Shown one piece after another: positions 25,201 to 40,200 of a stretch of DNA of 64,000 nucleotides. The stretch spans positions 1,984,001-2,048,000 of the forward strand of contig CBDBCZ010000018.1 of assembly GCA_965203295.1 (NCBI GenBank). The letters are read 5' to 3'. The translations under genes were made by a program, and so were the position numbers. The notes beneath the pieces are model-generated. The model saw only the letters and a program-made list of their open reading frames with translations, did no database searches and was not told the DNA's origin. Each line of letters starts with the position of its first letter. Positions within the stretch are counted from its first letter, which is position 1. Source of the DNA: Nitrospirales bacterium (lineage in GTDB: Bacteria; Nitrospirota; Nitrospiria; Nitrospirales; UBA8639).

Positions 25201-28200
25201 AGTTCTCTTCCTAAACAGTTAGGAAGGGTCAGATCAATGGTAGCTAGTTACTTTGGCTGAAAGTCTTTGCCTGAGACCAACAAAACTAACAATTTTCAAT
25301 AAAATCCTTCTTTCCTAATCTTAAGACTAACATCAACCAAACTAAACAAGCCTTTGAATAACCAGTTCCTTTCTTGAACATCTACACTTCCTAAACATGT
25401 ATTGTATCCGACTAACATCATTAAAACTAATCAAGCCTTTGAATAACCAGTTCTTTTCCTAAACAGTTGGGAAGGGTCAGATCAATGGTAGCCAGTTACT
25501 TTGGCTCAAAGTCTTTGCTAGAGACCAACAAAACTAAAGATTTTCTATAAAATACTTCTTTCCTAATCTGCAGACTAACATCAACCAAACTAAATAAGCA
25601 TTTGAATAACCAGTTCCTTTCTTGAACATTGATACTTCCTAAGCATGTATTGTATCTGACTAACATCATTCAAACTAAACAGGCCTTTGAATAACAAGTT
25701 CTTTTCCTAAACAGTTGGGAAGGGTCAGATCAATGGTAGCCAGTTACTTTGGCTGAAAGTATTTGCCTGAGACCAAAAAAACTAACAATTTTCAATAAAA
25801 TCCTTCTTTCCTAATCTTCAGACTAACATCAACCAAACTAAACAAGCCTTTGAATAACCAGTTCCTTTCTTGAACATTGATACTTCCTAAGCATGTATTG
25901 TATCTGACTAATATCATTCAAACAAAACAAGCCTTTGAATAACCAGCTCTTTTTCTAAATAGTTTGGAAGGATCAGATCAATGGTAGCCAGTTACTTTGG
26001 CTTAAAGTCTTTGCAAGAGACCAACAAAACTAACAATTATCAATAAAATCCTTCTTTCTTAATCTTCAGGCTAAAATCAACGAAACTAAACAGGCCTTTG
26101 AATAACCAGTTCTTTTTCTAAACAGTTGGGAAGGGTCAGATAAATGGTAGCTAGTTACTTTGGCTTAAAGTCTTTGCTAGAGACCAACAAAACTAACAAT
26201 TTTCAATAAAATCCTTCTTTCCTAATCTTCATTCAGACTAACATCATTCAAACTAAACAAGCCTTTGAATAACCAGTTCTTTTCCTAAACAGTTAGAAAG
26301 GGTCAGATGAATGGTAGCTAGTTGCTTTGGCTGAAAGTCTTTGCCTGAGACCAACAAAACTAACAATTTTCAATAAAATCCTTCTTTCCTAATCTTCAGA
26401 CTAACATCAACCAAACTAAACAAGCCTTTGAATAACCAGTTCCTTTCTTGAACATCGACACTTCTTAAACATGTATTGTATTCGACTAACATCATTAAAA
26501 CTAATCAAGCCTTTGAATAACCAGTTCTTTTCCTAAACAGTTGGGAAGGGTCAGATCAATGGTAGCTAGTTACTTTGGCTGAAAGTCTTTGCTTGAGACC
26601 AACAAAACTAACAATTTTCAATAAAATCCTTCTTTCCTAATCTTCAGGCTAACATCAAATAAACTAAAAAGGCCTTTGAATAACCAGTTCTTTTCTAAAC
26701 AGTTAGGAAGGGTCAGAAAAATGGTAGCTAGTTACTTTGGCTTAAAGTTTTTGTTAGAGACCAACAAAACTAACAATTTTCAATAAAATTCTTCTTTCCT
26801 AATCTTCAGAATAACATCATTCAAACTAAACAAGCCTTTGAATAACCAGTTCTTTTTCTAAACAGTTGGGAAGGGTCAGATAAATGGTAGCTAGATACTT
26901 TGGCTGAAAGTCTTTGCCTGAGACCAACAAAACTAACAATTTTCAATAAAATCCTTCTTTCCTAATCTTCAGACTAACATCATTCAAACTAAACAAGCCT
27001 TCTTTGAATAACCAGTTCTCTTCCTAAACAGTTAGGAAGGGTCAGATCAATGGTAGCTGGTTACTTTGGCTGAAAGTCTTTGCCTGAGACCAACAAAACT
27101 AACAATTTTCAATAAAATCCTTCTTTCCTAATCTTAAGACTAACATCAACCAAACTAAACAAGCCTTTGAATAACCAGTTCCTTTCTTGAACATCTACAC
27201 TTCCTAAACATGTATTGTATCCGACAACATCATTAAAACTAATCAAGCCTTTGAATAACCAGTTCTTTTCCTAAACAGTTGGGAAGGGTCAGATCAATGG
27301 TAGCGAGTTACTTTGGCTCAAAGTCTTTGCTAGAGACCAACAAAACTAAAGATTTTCTATAAAATACTTCTTTCCTAATCTGCAGACTAACATCAACCAA
27401 ACTAAATAAGCATTTGAATAACCAGTTCCTTTCTTGAACATCAATACTTCCTAAGCATGTATTGTATCTGACTAACATCATTCAAACTAAACAAGCCTTT
27501 GAATAACAAGTTCTTTTCCTAAACAGTTGGGAAGGGTCAGATCAATGGTAGACAGTTACTTTGGCTGAAAGTATTTGCCTGAGACCAAAAAAACTAACAA
27601 TTTTCAATAAAATCCTTCTTTCCTGATCTTCAGACTAACATCAACCAAACTAAACAAGCCTTTGAATAACCAGTTCCTTTCTTGAACATTGATACTTCCT
27701 AAGCATGTATTGTATCTGACTAATATCATTCAAACAAAACAAGCCTTTGAATAACCAGCTCTTTTTCTAAATAGTTTGGAAGGATCAGATCAATGGTAGC
27801 CAGTTACTTTGGCTTAAAGTCTTTGCAAGAGACCAACAAAACTAACAATTATCAATAAAATCTTTCTTTCTTAATCTTCAGGCTAAAATCAACGAAACTA
27901 AACAGGCCTTTGAATAACCAGTTCTTTTTCTAAACAGTTGGGAAGGGTCAGATAAATGGTAGCTAGTTACTTTGGCTTAAAGTCTTTGCTAGAGACCAAC
28001 AAAACTAACAATTTTCAATAAAATCCTTCTTTCCTAATCTTCAGACTAACATCATTCAAACTAAACAAGCCTTTGAATAACCAGTTCTTTTCCTAAACAG
28101 TTAGGAAGGGTCAGATGAATGGTAGCTAGTTACTTTGGCTGAAAGTCTTTGCCTGAGACCAACAAAACTAACAATTTTCAATAAAATCCTTCTTTCCTAA

Positions 28201-31200
28201 TCTTCAGACTAACATCAACCAAACTAAACAAGCCTTTGAATAACCAGTTCCTTTCTTGAACATCGACACTTCTTAAACATGTATTGTATTCGACTAACAT
28301 CATTAAAACTAATCAAGCCTTTGAATAACCAGTTCTTTTCCTAAACAGTTGGGAAGGGTCAGATCAATGGTAGCTAGTGACTTTGGCTTAAAGTCTTTGC
28401 CAGAGACCAACAAATCTAACAATTTTCAATGAAATTCTTCTTTCCTAATCTTCAGACTAACATCAAGCAAACTAAACAAGCCTTTGAATAACCAGTTGCT
28501 TTCTTGAACATCGATACTTCCTAAGCATGTATTGTATCTGACTAACATCATTCATACTAAACAAGCCTTTGAATAACAAGTTTTTTCCTAAACAGTTGGG
28601 AAGGGTCAGATCAATGGTAGTCAGTTACTTTGGCTGAAAGTCTTTGCCTGAGACAAACAAAACTAACAATTTTCAATAAAATCCTTCTTTCCTAATCTTC
28701 AGGCTAACATCAACAAAACTAAACAGGCCTTTGAATAACCAGCTCTTTTTCTAAACAGTTGGGAAGGGTTAGATAAATGGTAGCAAGTTACTTTGGCTTA
28801 AAGTCTTTGCTAGAGACAAAAAAACTAACAATTTTAAATAAAATCCTTCTTTCCTAATCTGCAAACTAACATCAACCAAACAAAACAAGCCTTTGAATAA
28901 CAAGTTCCTTTCTTGAACATTGATACTTCCTAAGCATGTATTGAATCTGACTAATATCATTCAAACAAAACAAGCCTTTAAATAACCAGCTCATTTTCTA
29001 AATAGTTCGGAAGGGTCAGATAAATGGTAGCTAGTAACTTTGGCTTAAAGTCTTTGCTAGAGACAAACAAAACTAACAATTTTCAATAAAATCCTTCTTT
29101 CCTAATCTTCAGGCTAACATCAACAAAACTAAGCAGGCCTTTGAATAACCAGTTCTTTTTCTAAACAGTTGGAAAGGGTCAGATAAATGGTAGCTAGTTA
29201 CTTTGGCTTAAAGTCTTTGCTAGAGACCAACAAAACTAACAATTTTCAATAAAATCCTTCTTTCCTAATCTTCAGACTAACATCATTCAAACTAAACAAG
29301 CCTTCTTTGAATAACCAGTTCTTTTCCTAAACAGTTAGGAAGGGTCAGATCAATGGTAGCTAGTTACTATGGCTGAAAGTCTTTGCCTGAGACCAACAAA
29401 ACTAACAATTTTCAATAAAATCCTTCTTTCCTAATCTTAAGACTAACATCAACCAAACTAAACAAGCATTTGAATAACCAGTTCCTTTCTTGAACATCGA
29501 CACTTCCTAAACATGTATTGTATCCGACTAACATCATTAAAACTAATCAAGCCTTTGAATAACCAGTTCTTTTCCTAAACAGTTGGGAAGGGTAAGATCA
29601 ATGGTGGCTAGTTACTTTGGCTCAAAGTCTTTGCTAGAGACCAACAAAACTAACGATTTTCTATAAAATACTTCTTTCCTAATCTGCAGACTAACATCAA
29701 GCAAACTAAATAAGCATTTGAATAACCAGTTCCTTACTTGAACATCGATACTTCCTAAGTATGTATTGTATCTGACTAACATCATTCAAACTAAACAAGC
29801 CTTTGAATAACAAGTTCTTTTCCTAAATAGTTGGGAAGGGTCAGATCAATGGTTGCCAGTTACTTTGGCTGAAAGTATTTGCCTGAGACTAAAAAAAAAT
29901 AACAATTTTTAATAAAATCCTTCTTTCCTAATCTTCAGACTAACATCAACCAAACTAAACAAGCCTTTGAATAACCAGTTCTTTTCTTGAACATTGATAC
30001 TTCCTAAGCATGTATTGTATCTGACTAATATCATTCAAACAAAACAAGCCTTTGAATAACCAGCTCTTTTTCTAAATAGTTGGGAAGGATCAGATCAATG
30101 GTAGCCAGTTACTTTGGCTTAAAGTCTTTGCAAGAGACCAACAAAACTAACAATTATCAATAAAATCCTTCTTTCTTAATCTTCAGGCTAAAATCAACGA
30201 AACTAAACAGGCCTTTGAATAACCAGTTCTTTTTCTAAACAGTTGGGAAGGGTCAGATAAATGGTAGCTAGTTACTTTGGCTTAAAGTCTTTGCTAGAGA
30301 CCAACTAAACTAACAATTTTCAATAAAATCCTTCTTTCCTAATCTTCAGACAAACATCATTCAAACTAAACAAGCCTTTGAATAACCAGTTCCTTTCTTG
30401 AACATCGACACTTCTTAAACATGTATTGTATTCGACTAACATCATTAAAACTAATCAAGCCTTTGAATAACCAGTTCTTTTCCTAAACAGCTGGGAAGGG
30501 TCAGATCAATGGTAGCTAGTTACTTTGGCTCAAAGTCTTTGCTAGAGACCAACAAAACTAAAGATTTTCTATAAAACACTTCTTTCCTTATCTGCAGACT
30601 AACATCAAGCAAACTAAACAAGCCTTTGAATAACCAGTTCCTTTCTTGAACATCGACACTTCCTAAACATGTATTGTATCCGACTAACATCATTAAAACT
30701 AATCAAGCCTTTGAATAACAGGTTCTTTTCCTAAACCGTTGGGAAGGGTCAGATCAATGGTAGCTAGTTACTTTGGCTTAAAGTCTTTGCTACAGACCAA
30801 CAAAACTATCAATTTTCAATAAAATCCTTCTTTTCTAAGCTTCAGACTAACATCACTCAAACTAAACAAGCTTTTGAATAACCAGCTCTTTTTCTAAACA
30901 GTTGGGAAGGGTAAGATTAAAGGTAGCTAGTAACTTTGGCTTAAAGTCTTTGCTAGAGACCAACAAAACTAATAATTTTCATTAAAATCCTTCTTTCCTA
31001 ATCTTCAGACTATCATCAACGAAACTAAACAAGCCCTTGAATAACAAGTTCCTTTCTTGAACATCGATACTTCCTAAGCGTGTATTGTATCTGACTAACA
31101 TCATTCAAACTAAACAAGCCTTTGAATAACCAGTTCTTTTTCTAAACAGTTGGGAAGAGTCAGATCAATGGTAGTTAGTGACTTTGGCTTAGAGTTTTTG

Positions 31201-34200
31201 CCAGAGACCAACAAATCTAACAATTTTCAATGAAATCCTTCTTTCCTAATCTTCAGACAAACCTCAACCAAACTAAACAAGCCTTTGAATAACCAGTTCC
31301 GGTCTTGAACATCGATACTTCCTTAACATGTATTGTATCCGACTAACATCATTAAAACTAATCAAGCCTTTGAATAACCAGTTCTTTTCCTAAACAGTTG
31401 GGAAGGGTAAGATCAATGGTGGCTAGTTACTTTGGCTCAAAGTATTTGCTAGAGACCAATAAAACTAACGATTTTCTATAAAATACTTCTTTCCTAATCT
31501 GCAGACTAACATCAAGCAAACTAAATAAGCATTTGAATAACCAGTTCCTTACTTGAACATCGATACTTCCTAAGCATGTATTGTATCTGACTAACATCAT
31601 TCAAACTAAACAAGCCTTTGAATAACAAGTTCTTTTCCTAAATAGTTGGGAAGGGTCAGATCAATGGTTGCCAGTTACTTTGGCTGAAAGTATTTGCCTG
31701 AGACTAAAAAAAAATAACAATTTTTAATAAAATCCTTCTTTCCTAATCTTCAGACTAACATCAACCAAACTAAACAAGCCTTTGAATAACCAGTTCCTTT
31801 CTTGAACATTGATACTTCCTAAGCATGTATTGTATCTGACTAATATCATTCAAACAAAACAAGCCTTTGAATAACCAGCTCTTTTTCTAAATAGTTGGGA
31901 AGGATCAGATCAATGGTAGCCAGTTACTTTGGCTTAAAGTCTTTGCAAGAGACCAACAAAACTAACAATTATCAATAAAATCCTTCTTTCTTAATCTTCA
32001 GGCTAAAATCAACGAAACTAAACAGGCCTTTGAATAACCAGTTCTTTTTCTAAACAGTTGGGAAGGGTCAGATAAATGGTAGCTAGTTACTTTGGCTTAA
32101 AGTCTTTGCTAGAGACCAACAAAACTAACAATTTTCAATAAAATCCTTCTTTCCTAATCTTCAGACAAACATCATTCAAACTAAACAAGCCTTTGAATAA
32201 CCAGTTCCTTTCTTACACATCGACACTTCTTAAACATGTATTGTATTCGACTAACATCATTAAAACTAATCAAGCCTTTGAATAACCAGTTCTTTTCCTA
32301 AACAGCTGGGAAGGGTCAGATCAATGGTAGCTAGTTACTTTGGCTCAAAGTCTTTGCTAGAGACCAACAAAACTAAAGATTTTCTATAAAATACTTCTTT
32401 CCTTATCTGCAGACTAACATCAAGCAAACTAAACAAGCCTTTGAATAACCAGTTCCTTTCTTGAACATCGATACTTCCTAAGCATGTATTGTATCTGACA
32501 AACATCATTAAAACTAAACAAGCCTTTGAATAACAAGTTCTTTTCCTAAACAGTTGGGAAGGGTCAGATCAATGGTAGCCAGTTACTTTGGCTGAAAGTC
32601 TTTGCCTGAGACCAACAAAAACTAACAATTTTCAATGAAATCCTTCTTTCCTAATCTTCAGACTAACATCAACCAAACTAAACAAGCCTTTGAATAACCA
32701 GTTCCTTTCTTGAACATCGACACTTCCTAAACATGTATTGTATCCGACTAACATCATTAAAACTAATCAAGCCTTTGAATAACAGGTTCTTTTCCTAAAC
32801 CGTTGGGAAGGGTCAGATCAATGGTAGCTAGTTACTTTGGCTTAAAGTCTTTGCTACAGACCAACAAATCTAACAATTTTCAATGAAATCCTTCTTTCCT
32901 AATCTTCAGACAAACCTCAACCAAACTAAACAAGCCTTTGAATAACCAGTTCCGGTCTTGAACATCGATACTTCCTAGGCTTGCATTGTATTTGACTAAC
33001 ATCATTCAAACTAAACATGCCTTTGAATAACCAGTTCTCTTTCTAAACAGTTGGGAAGGGTAAGGTCAATGGTAGCTAGTTACTTTGGCTCAAAGTCTTT
33101 GCTAGAGACCAACAAAACTAATGATTTTCTATAAAATACTTCTTTCCTAATCTGCAGACTAACATCAAGCAAACTAAACAAGCCTTTGAATAACATGTTC
33201 TTTTCCTAAATAGTTGGGAAGGGTCAGATCAATGGTAGCCAGTTACTTTGGTTGAAAGTCTTTGCCTGAGACCAACAAAACTAACAATTTTCAATAAAAT
33301 CCTTCTTTCCTAATCTTCAGACTAACATCAACCGAACTAAACAAGCCTTTGAATAACAAGTTCCTTTCTTGAACATGATACTTCCTAAGCATGTATTGTA
33401 TCTGACTAACATCATTCAAACTAAACAAGCCTTTGAATAACAAGTTCGTTTCCTAAACAGTTGGGAAGAGTCAGATCAATGGTAGCTACTTACATTGGCT
33501 TAAAGTCTTTGCCAGAGACAAAAAAAATAACAATTTTTGAATAAAATTCTTCTTTCCTAATCTTCAGACTAACATCAACCAAACTAAACCGGCCTTTGAA
33601 TAACCAGTTCCTTTCTTGAACATCGACACTTTTTAAAAATGTATTGTATCCGACTAACATCAATAAAACTAATCAAGCCTTTGAATAACCAGTTCTTTTC
33701 CTAAACAGTTTGGAAGGGTCAGATCAATGGTAGCCAGTTACTTTGGCTGAAAGTCTTTGCCTGAGACCAACAAAACTAACAATTTTCAATAAAATCCTTC
33801 TTTCCTAATCTTCAGACTAACATCAGTCAAACTAAACAAGCCTTTGAATAACCAGTTCTTTTCATAAACAGTTAGGAAGGGTCAGATCAATGGTAGCTAG
33901 TTACTTTGGCTGAAAGTCTTTGCCTGAGACCAACAAAACTAACAATTTTAAATAAAATCCTTCTTTCATAATCTTCAGACTAACATCAACCAAACTAAAC
34001 AAGCCTTTGAATAACCAGTTCCTTTCTTGAATATTGAAACTTCCTAAGCATGTATTGTATCTGACTAATATCATTCAAACAAAATAAGCCTTTGAATAAC
34101 CAGCTCATTTTCTAAATAGTTCGGAAGGGTCAGATCAATGGTAGCTAGTAACTTTGGCTTAAAGTCTTTGCTAGAGACCAACAAAACTAACAATTTTCAA

Positions 34201-37200
34201 TAAAATCCTTCTTTCCTAATCTTCAGGCTAACATCAACAAAACTAAACAGGCCTTTGAATAACCAGTTCTTTTTCTAAACAGTTAGGAAGGGTCAGATAA
34301 ATGGTAGCAAGTTACTTTGGCTTAAAGTGTTTGCTAGAGACCAACAAAACTAACAATTTTCAATAAAATCCTTCTTTCCTAATCTTCAGACTAACATCAT
34401 TCAAACTAAACAAGCCTTTGAATAACAAGTTCTTTTCCTAAACAGTTGGGAAGGGTAAGATCAATGGTAGCTAGTTACTTTGGCTTAAAGTCTTTGCTAT
34501 AGACCAACTAAAATAACAATTTTCAATAAAATCCTTCTTTCCTAATCTTCAGACTAACATCAACCAAACTAAACAAGCCTTTGAATAACCGGTTCCTTTC
34601 TTGAACATTGATACTTCCTAAGCATGTATTGTATCCGACTAATATCATTCAACCAAAACAAGTCTTTTAATAACCAGTTCTTTTTCTAAACAGTTAGGAA
34701 GGGTCAGATAAATGGTAGCTAGTTACTTTGGGTAAAAAGTCTTTGCCAGAGACAAAAAAACTAACAATATTAAATAAAATCCTTCTTTACTAATCTTCAG
34801 ACTAACATCAACCAAACTAAACAAGCCTTAGAATAACCAGTTCCTTTCTTGAACATCGATACTTCCTAAACATGTATTTTAACCGACTAACATCATTAAA
34901 ACTAATCAAGCCTTTGAATAACCAGTTCTTTTCCTAAACAGTTGGGAAGGGTCAGATCAATAATAGCTAGTTACTTTGGCTCAAAGTCTTTGCTAGAGAC
35001 CAACAAAACTAACGATTTTCAATAAAATCCTTCTTTACTAATCTTCAGACTAACATTAACCAAACTAAACAAGCCTTTGAACAAACAGTTCCTTTCTTGA
35101 ACATCGATACTTCCTAAGCGTGTATTGTATCTGACCAAACTAAACAAGCCTTTGAATAACCAGTTCTTTTCCAAAACAGTTGGAAAGGGTGAGATCAATG
35201 GTAGCCAGTTACATTGGCTGAAAGTCTTTGCCTGAGACCAACAAAACTAACAATTTTCAATAAAATCCTTCTTTCCTAATCTTCAGGCTAACATCAACAA
35301 AACTAAACAGGCCTTTGAATAACTAGCTCTTTTTCTAAACAGTTGGGATGGGTCAGATAAATGGTAGCAAGTTACTTTGGCTTAAAGTCTTTGCTAGAGA
35401 CCAACAAAACTAACAATTTTCAATAAAATCCTTCTTTCCTAATCTTCAGACTAACATTAACCAAACTAAACAAGCTTTTGAATAACCAGTTCCTTTCTTG
35501 AACATTGATACTTCCTAAGCATGTATTGCATCTGACTAATATCATTCAAACAAAACAAGCCTTTGAATAACCAGCACTTTTTCTAAATAGTTCGGAAAGG
35601 TCAGATCAATGGTAGCTAGTAACTTTGGCTTAATTAAAGTCATTGCAAGAGACCAACAAAACTAACAATTTTCAATAAAATCCTTCTTTCCTAATCTTCA
35701 GGCTAACATCAACAAAACTAAACAGGCCTTTGAATAACCAGTTCTTTTCCTAAACAGTTAGGAAGGGTCTGATCAATGGTATCTAGTTACTTTTTCTGAA
35801 AGTCTTTGCCTGAGACAAAAAAAACTAACAATTTTCAATAAAATCCTTCTTTCCTAATCTTCAGACTAACATCAACCAAACTAAACAAGCCGTTCAATAA
35901 CCAGTTCCTTTCTTGAACATCTACACTTCCTAAACATGTATTGTATCCGACTAACATCATTAAAACTAATCAAGCCTTTGAATAACCAGTTCTTTTCCTA
36001 AACAGTTGGGAAGGGTCAGATCAATGGTAGCTAGTGACTTTGACTTAAAGTCTTTGCTAGAGACCAACAAAACTAACAATTTTCAATAAAATCCTTCTTT
36101 CCTAATCTTCAGGCTAACGTAAACAAAACTAAACAGGCCTTTGAATAACCAGTTCTTTTTCTAAACAGTTCGGAAGGGTCAGATAAATGGTTTGGTAGCT
36201 AGTTACTTTGGCTTAAAGACTTTTCTAGAGACCAACAAAACTAACAATTTTAAATAAAATCCTTCTTTCCTAATCTTCAGACTAACATCATTCAAACTAA
36301 ACAAGCCTTTGAATAACCAGTTCTTTTCCTAAACAGTTGGGAAGGGTCAGATCAATGGTAGCTAGTTACTTTGGCTTAAAGTCTTTGCTATAGACCAACA
36401 AAACTATCAATTTTCAATAAAATCCTTCTTTTCTAATCTTCAGACTAACATCATTCAAACTAACAAGCTTTTGAATAACCAGCTCTTTTTCTAAACAGTT
36501 GGGAAGGGTCAGATTAAAGGTAGCTAGTAACTTTGGCTTAAAGTCTTTGCTAGAGACCAACAAAACTAATAATTTTCATTAAAAACCTTCTTTCCTAATC
36601 TTCAGACTAACATCAACGAAACTAAAAAAGCCCTTGAATAACAAGTTCCTTTCTTGAACATCGATACTTCCTCAGCGTGTATTGTATCTGACTAACATCA
36701 TTCAAACTAAACAAGCCTTTGAATAACCAGTTCTTTTTTAAACAGTTGGGAAGAGTCAGATCAATGGTAGCTAGTGACTTTGGCTTAAAGTCTTTGCCAG
36801 AGACCAACAAATCTAACAATTTTCAATGAAATCCTTCTTTCCTAATCTTCAGACAAACATCAACCAAACTAAACAAGCCTTTGAATAAACAGTTCCGGTA
36901 TTGAACATCGATACTTCCTAAGCATGTATTGTATCCGACTAACATCATTCAAACTAAACAAGCTATAAAATCTTAAAACAATTTCTTTCCTAGACAGTTG
37001 GGAAGGGTCAGATCAATGGTAGCTAGTTGTTTTGACTGAAAGTTTCCTGAGACCAATAAAGCTAAAATTGTACCAATTATTAGTGAAAACCCTTACTTTC
37101 TAAGCATGTATGTATTGGATCTGACAAACATCATTTAAACTAAACAAATGATTGAATCACAAACCAGTTCCTTTCCAAGACAGTTGGGAGGGGTCAGATC

Positions 37201-40200
37201 AATGGTAGCTAGATACTTTGGCTGAAAGTCTTTACCTGAGACCAACAAAACTAACAATTTTCAATAAAATCCTCCTTTCCTAATCTTCAGACTAACATCA
37301 ACTAAACTAAATAAGCCTTTGAATAACCAGTTCCTTTCTTGAACATCGATACTTCCTAAACATGTATTGTATCCGACTAACATCATTCAAACTAAACAAC
37401 CTATTAAATCTTACACCAATTTCTTTCCTAGACACTTGGGGAGGGTCAGATCAATGGTAGCTACTTAGTTTGGCTGAAAGTCTTTGCCTGAGACCAATTA
37501 AACTGATAATTTTCCGTCAAAACCCTTACTTCCTAAGTATGTATTGTATCTGACTAACATCATTCAAACTAAACAAGCTATTGATTCTTAAACCAGTTCT
37601 CTACGTAGAAAGTTAGGAAGGGTCAGATCAATGGTAGCTAGTTGTTTTGACTGAAAGTTTCCTGAGATCAATAAAGCTAAAATTGTACCAATTAGTAGTA
37701 AAAACCCTTACTTTCAAAGCATGTATGTATTGTATCTGACAAACATCATTTAAACTAAACAAATGATTGAATCTTAAATCAGTTCCTTTCCAAGACAGTT
37801 AGGAATGGGTAAGACAAATGGTAGCTAGTTACTTTGGCTTAAAGTCTTTGCCAGAGACCAACAAAATTAACAATTTTTGAATAAAATCCTTCTTTCCTAA
37901 TCTTCAGACTAACATCAACCAAACTAAACAAGCTTTTGAATACCCAGTTCCTTTTTTGAACATCGATACTTCCTTAGCATGTATTGCATTTGACTAACAT
38001 CATTCAAACTAAACAAGCCTTTGAATAACCAGTTCTTTTTCTAAACAGTTGGGCAGGGTCAGATATATAAAGGTAGCTAGTTACCTAGGCTTAAAGTCTT
38101 TGCCAGAGACCAACAAAACTAAAAATAATATTCTTCTTTCCTAATCTTCAGACTAAAACTAAACAAGCCTTTGAATAACAAGTTCCTTTCTTGAACATCA
38201 ATACTTCCTAAGCATGTATTGTATTTGACTAACATCATTTAAACAAAACAAGCCTTTGAATAACCAGTTCTTTTCCTAGACAGTTGGGAAAGTTCAGATC
38301 ATTGGTAGCAAGTTACTTTGGCTTAAAGTCTTTGCCTGAGACCAAAAAAAAAAAATTCTTCCTAAGAATGTATTGTATTTGACTAACATCATTCAAACTA
38401 AACAAGCCTTTGCATAACCAGTTCTTTTCCGAAACAGTTGGGAAGGGTAAGATCAATGGTAGCTTGTTACTTTGGCTTAAAGTCTTTGCCAGAGACCAAC
38501 AAAACTAACAATTTTCAATAAATCCTTCTTTCCTAATCTTCAGACTAAAATCAACATAACTGAACAAGCCTTTGAATAACAAGTTCCTTTCTTGAACATC
38601 AATACTTCCTAGGCATGTATTGTATTTGACTAACATCATTCAAACTAAACTAGCCTTTGAATAACCAGTTCTTTTTCTAAACAGTTGGGAAGGGTCAGAT
38701 CAATGGTAGCTAGTTTCTTTGGCTTAAAGTCGTCGCTAGAGTCCAACAAAACTAACGATTTTCTATAAAATCCTTCTTTCCTAATCTTCAGACTAACATC
38801 AACCAAACTAAACAAGCCTTTGAATAAATAGTTCCTTTCTTGAACATCGATACTTCCTAAGCGTGTATTGTATCAGACTAACATCATTCAAACTAAACAA
38901 GCCTTTGAATAACCAGTTCTTTTCCAAAACAGTTGGGAAGGGTCAGATCAATGGAAGCCAGATACTTTGGCTGAAAGTCTTTGCATGAGACCAACAAAAC
39001 TAACAATTTTCAATAAAATCCATCTTTCCTAATCTTCAGACTAACATCAACCAAACTAAACAAGCCTTTGAATAACCAGTTCCTTTCTTGAACATTGATA
39101 CTTCCTAAGCATGTATTGTATCAGACTAATATCATTCAAACAAAACAAGCCTTTGAATAACCAGCACTTTTTCTAAAGCGTTCGGAAAGGTCAGATCAAT
39201 GGTAGCTAGTAACTTTGGCTTAATTAAAGTCATTGCAAGAGACCAACAAAACTAACAATTTTCAATAAAATCCTTCTTTACTAATCTTCAGGCTAACATC
39301 AACAAAACTAAACAGGCCTTTGAATAACCAGTTCTTTTTCTAAAAAGTTGGGAAGGGTCAGATAAATAGTAGCTAGTTACTTTGGCTTAAAAACTAACAA
39401 TTTTCAATAAAATCCTTCTTTCCTAATCTTCAGACTAACTTCATTCAAACTAAACAAGCCTTTGAATAACCAGTTCTTTTCCTAAACAGTTAGGAAGGGT
39501 CAGATCAATGGTAGCTAGTTACTTTTGCTGAAAGTCTTTGCCTGAGACCAACAAAACTAACAATTTTCAATAAAATCCTTCTTTCCTAATCTTCAGACTA
39601 ACATCAACCAAACTAAACAAGCCTTTCAATAACCAGTTCCTTTCTTGAACATCGACACTTCCTAAACATGTATTGTATCCGACTAACATCAATAAAACTA
39701 ATCAAGCCTTTGAATAAACAGTTCTTTTCCTAAACAGTTGGGAAGGGTCAGATCAATGGTAGCCAGTTACTTTGGCTGAAAGTCTTTGCCTGAGACCAAC
39801 GAAACTAACAATTTTCAATAAAATCCTTCTTTCCTAATCTTCAGACTAACATGATTCAAACTAAACAAGCCTTTGAATAACCAGTTCTTTTCCTAAACAG
39901 TTAGGAAGGGTAAGATCAATGGTAGTTAGTTACTTTTGCTGAAAGTCTTTGCCTGAGACCAACAAAACTAGCAATTTTCAAAAAAATTCTTCTTTCCTAA
40001 TCTTCAGACTAACATCAACCAAACTAAACAAGCCTTTGAATAACCAGTTCCTTTCTTGAAACTCGACACTTCCTAAACATGTATTGTATCCGACTAACAT
40101 AATTGAAACTAATCAAGCCTTTGAATAACAGGTTCTTTTCCTAAACAGTTGGGAAGGGTCAGATCAATGAATGGTAGCTAGTTACTTTGGCTCAAAGTCT

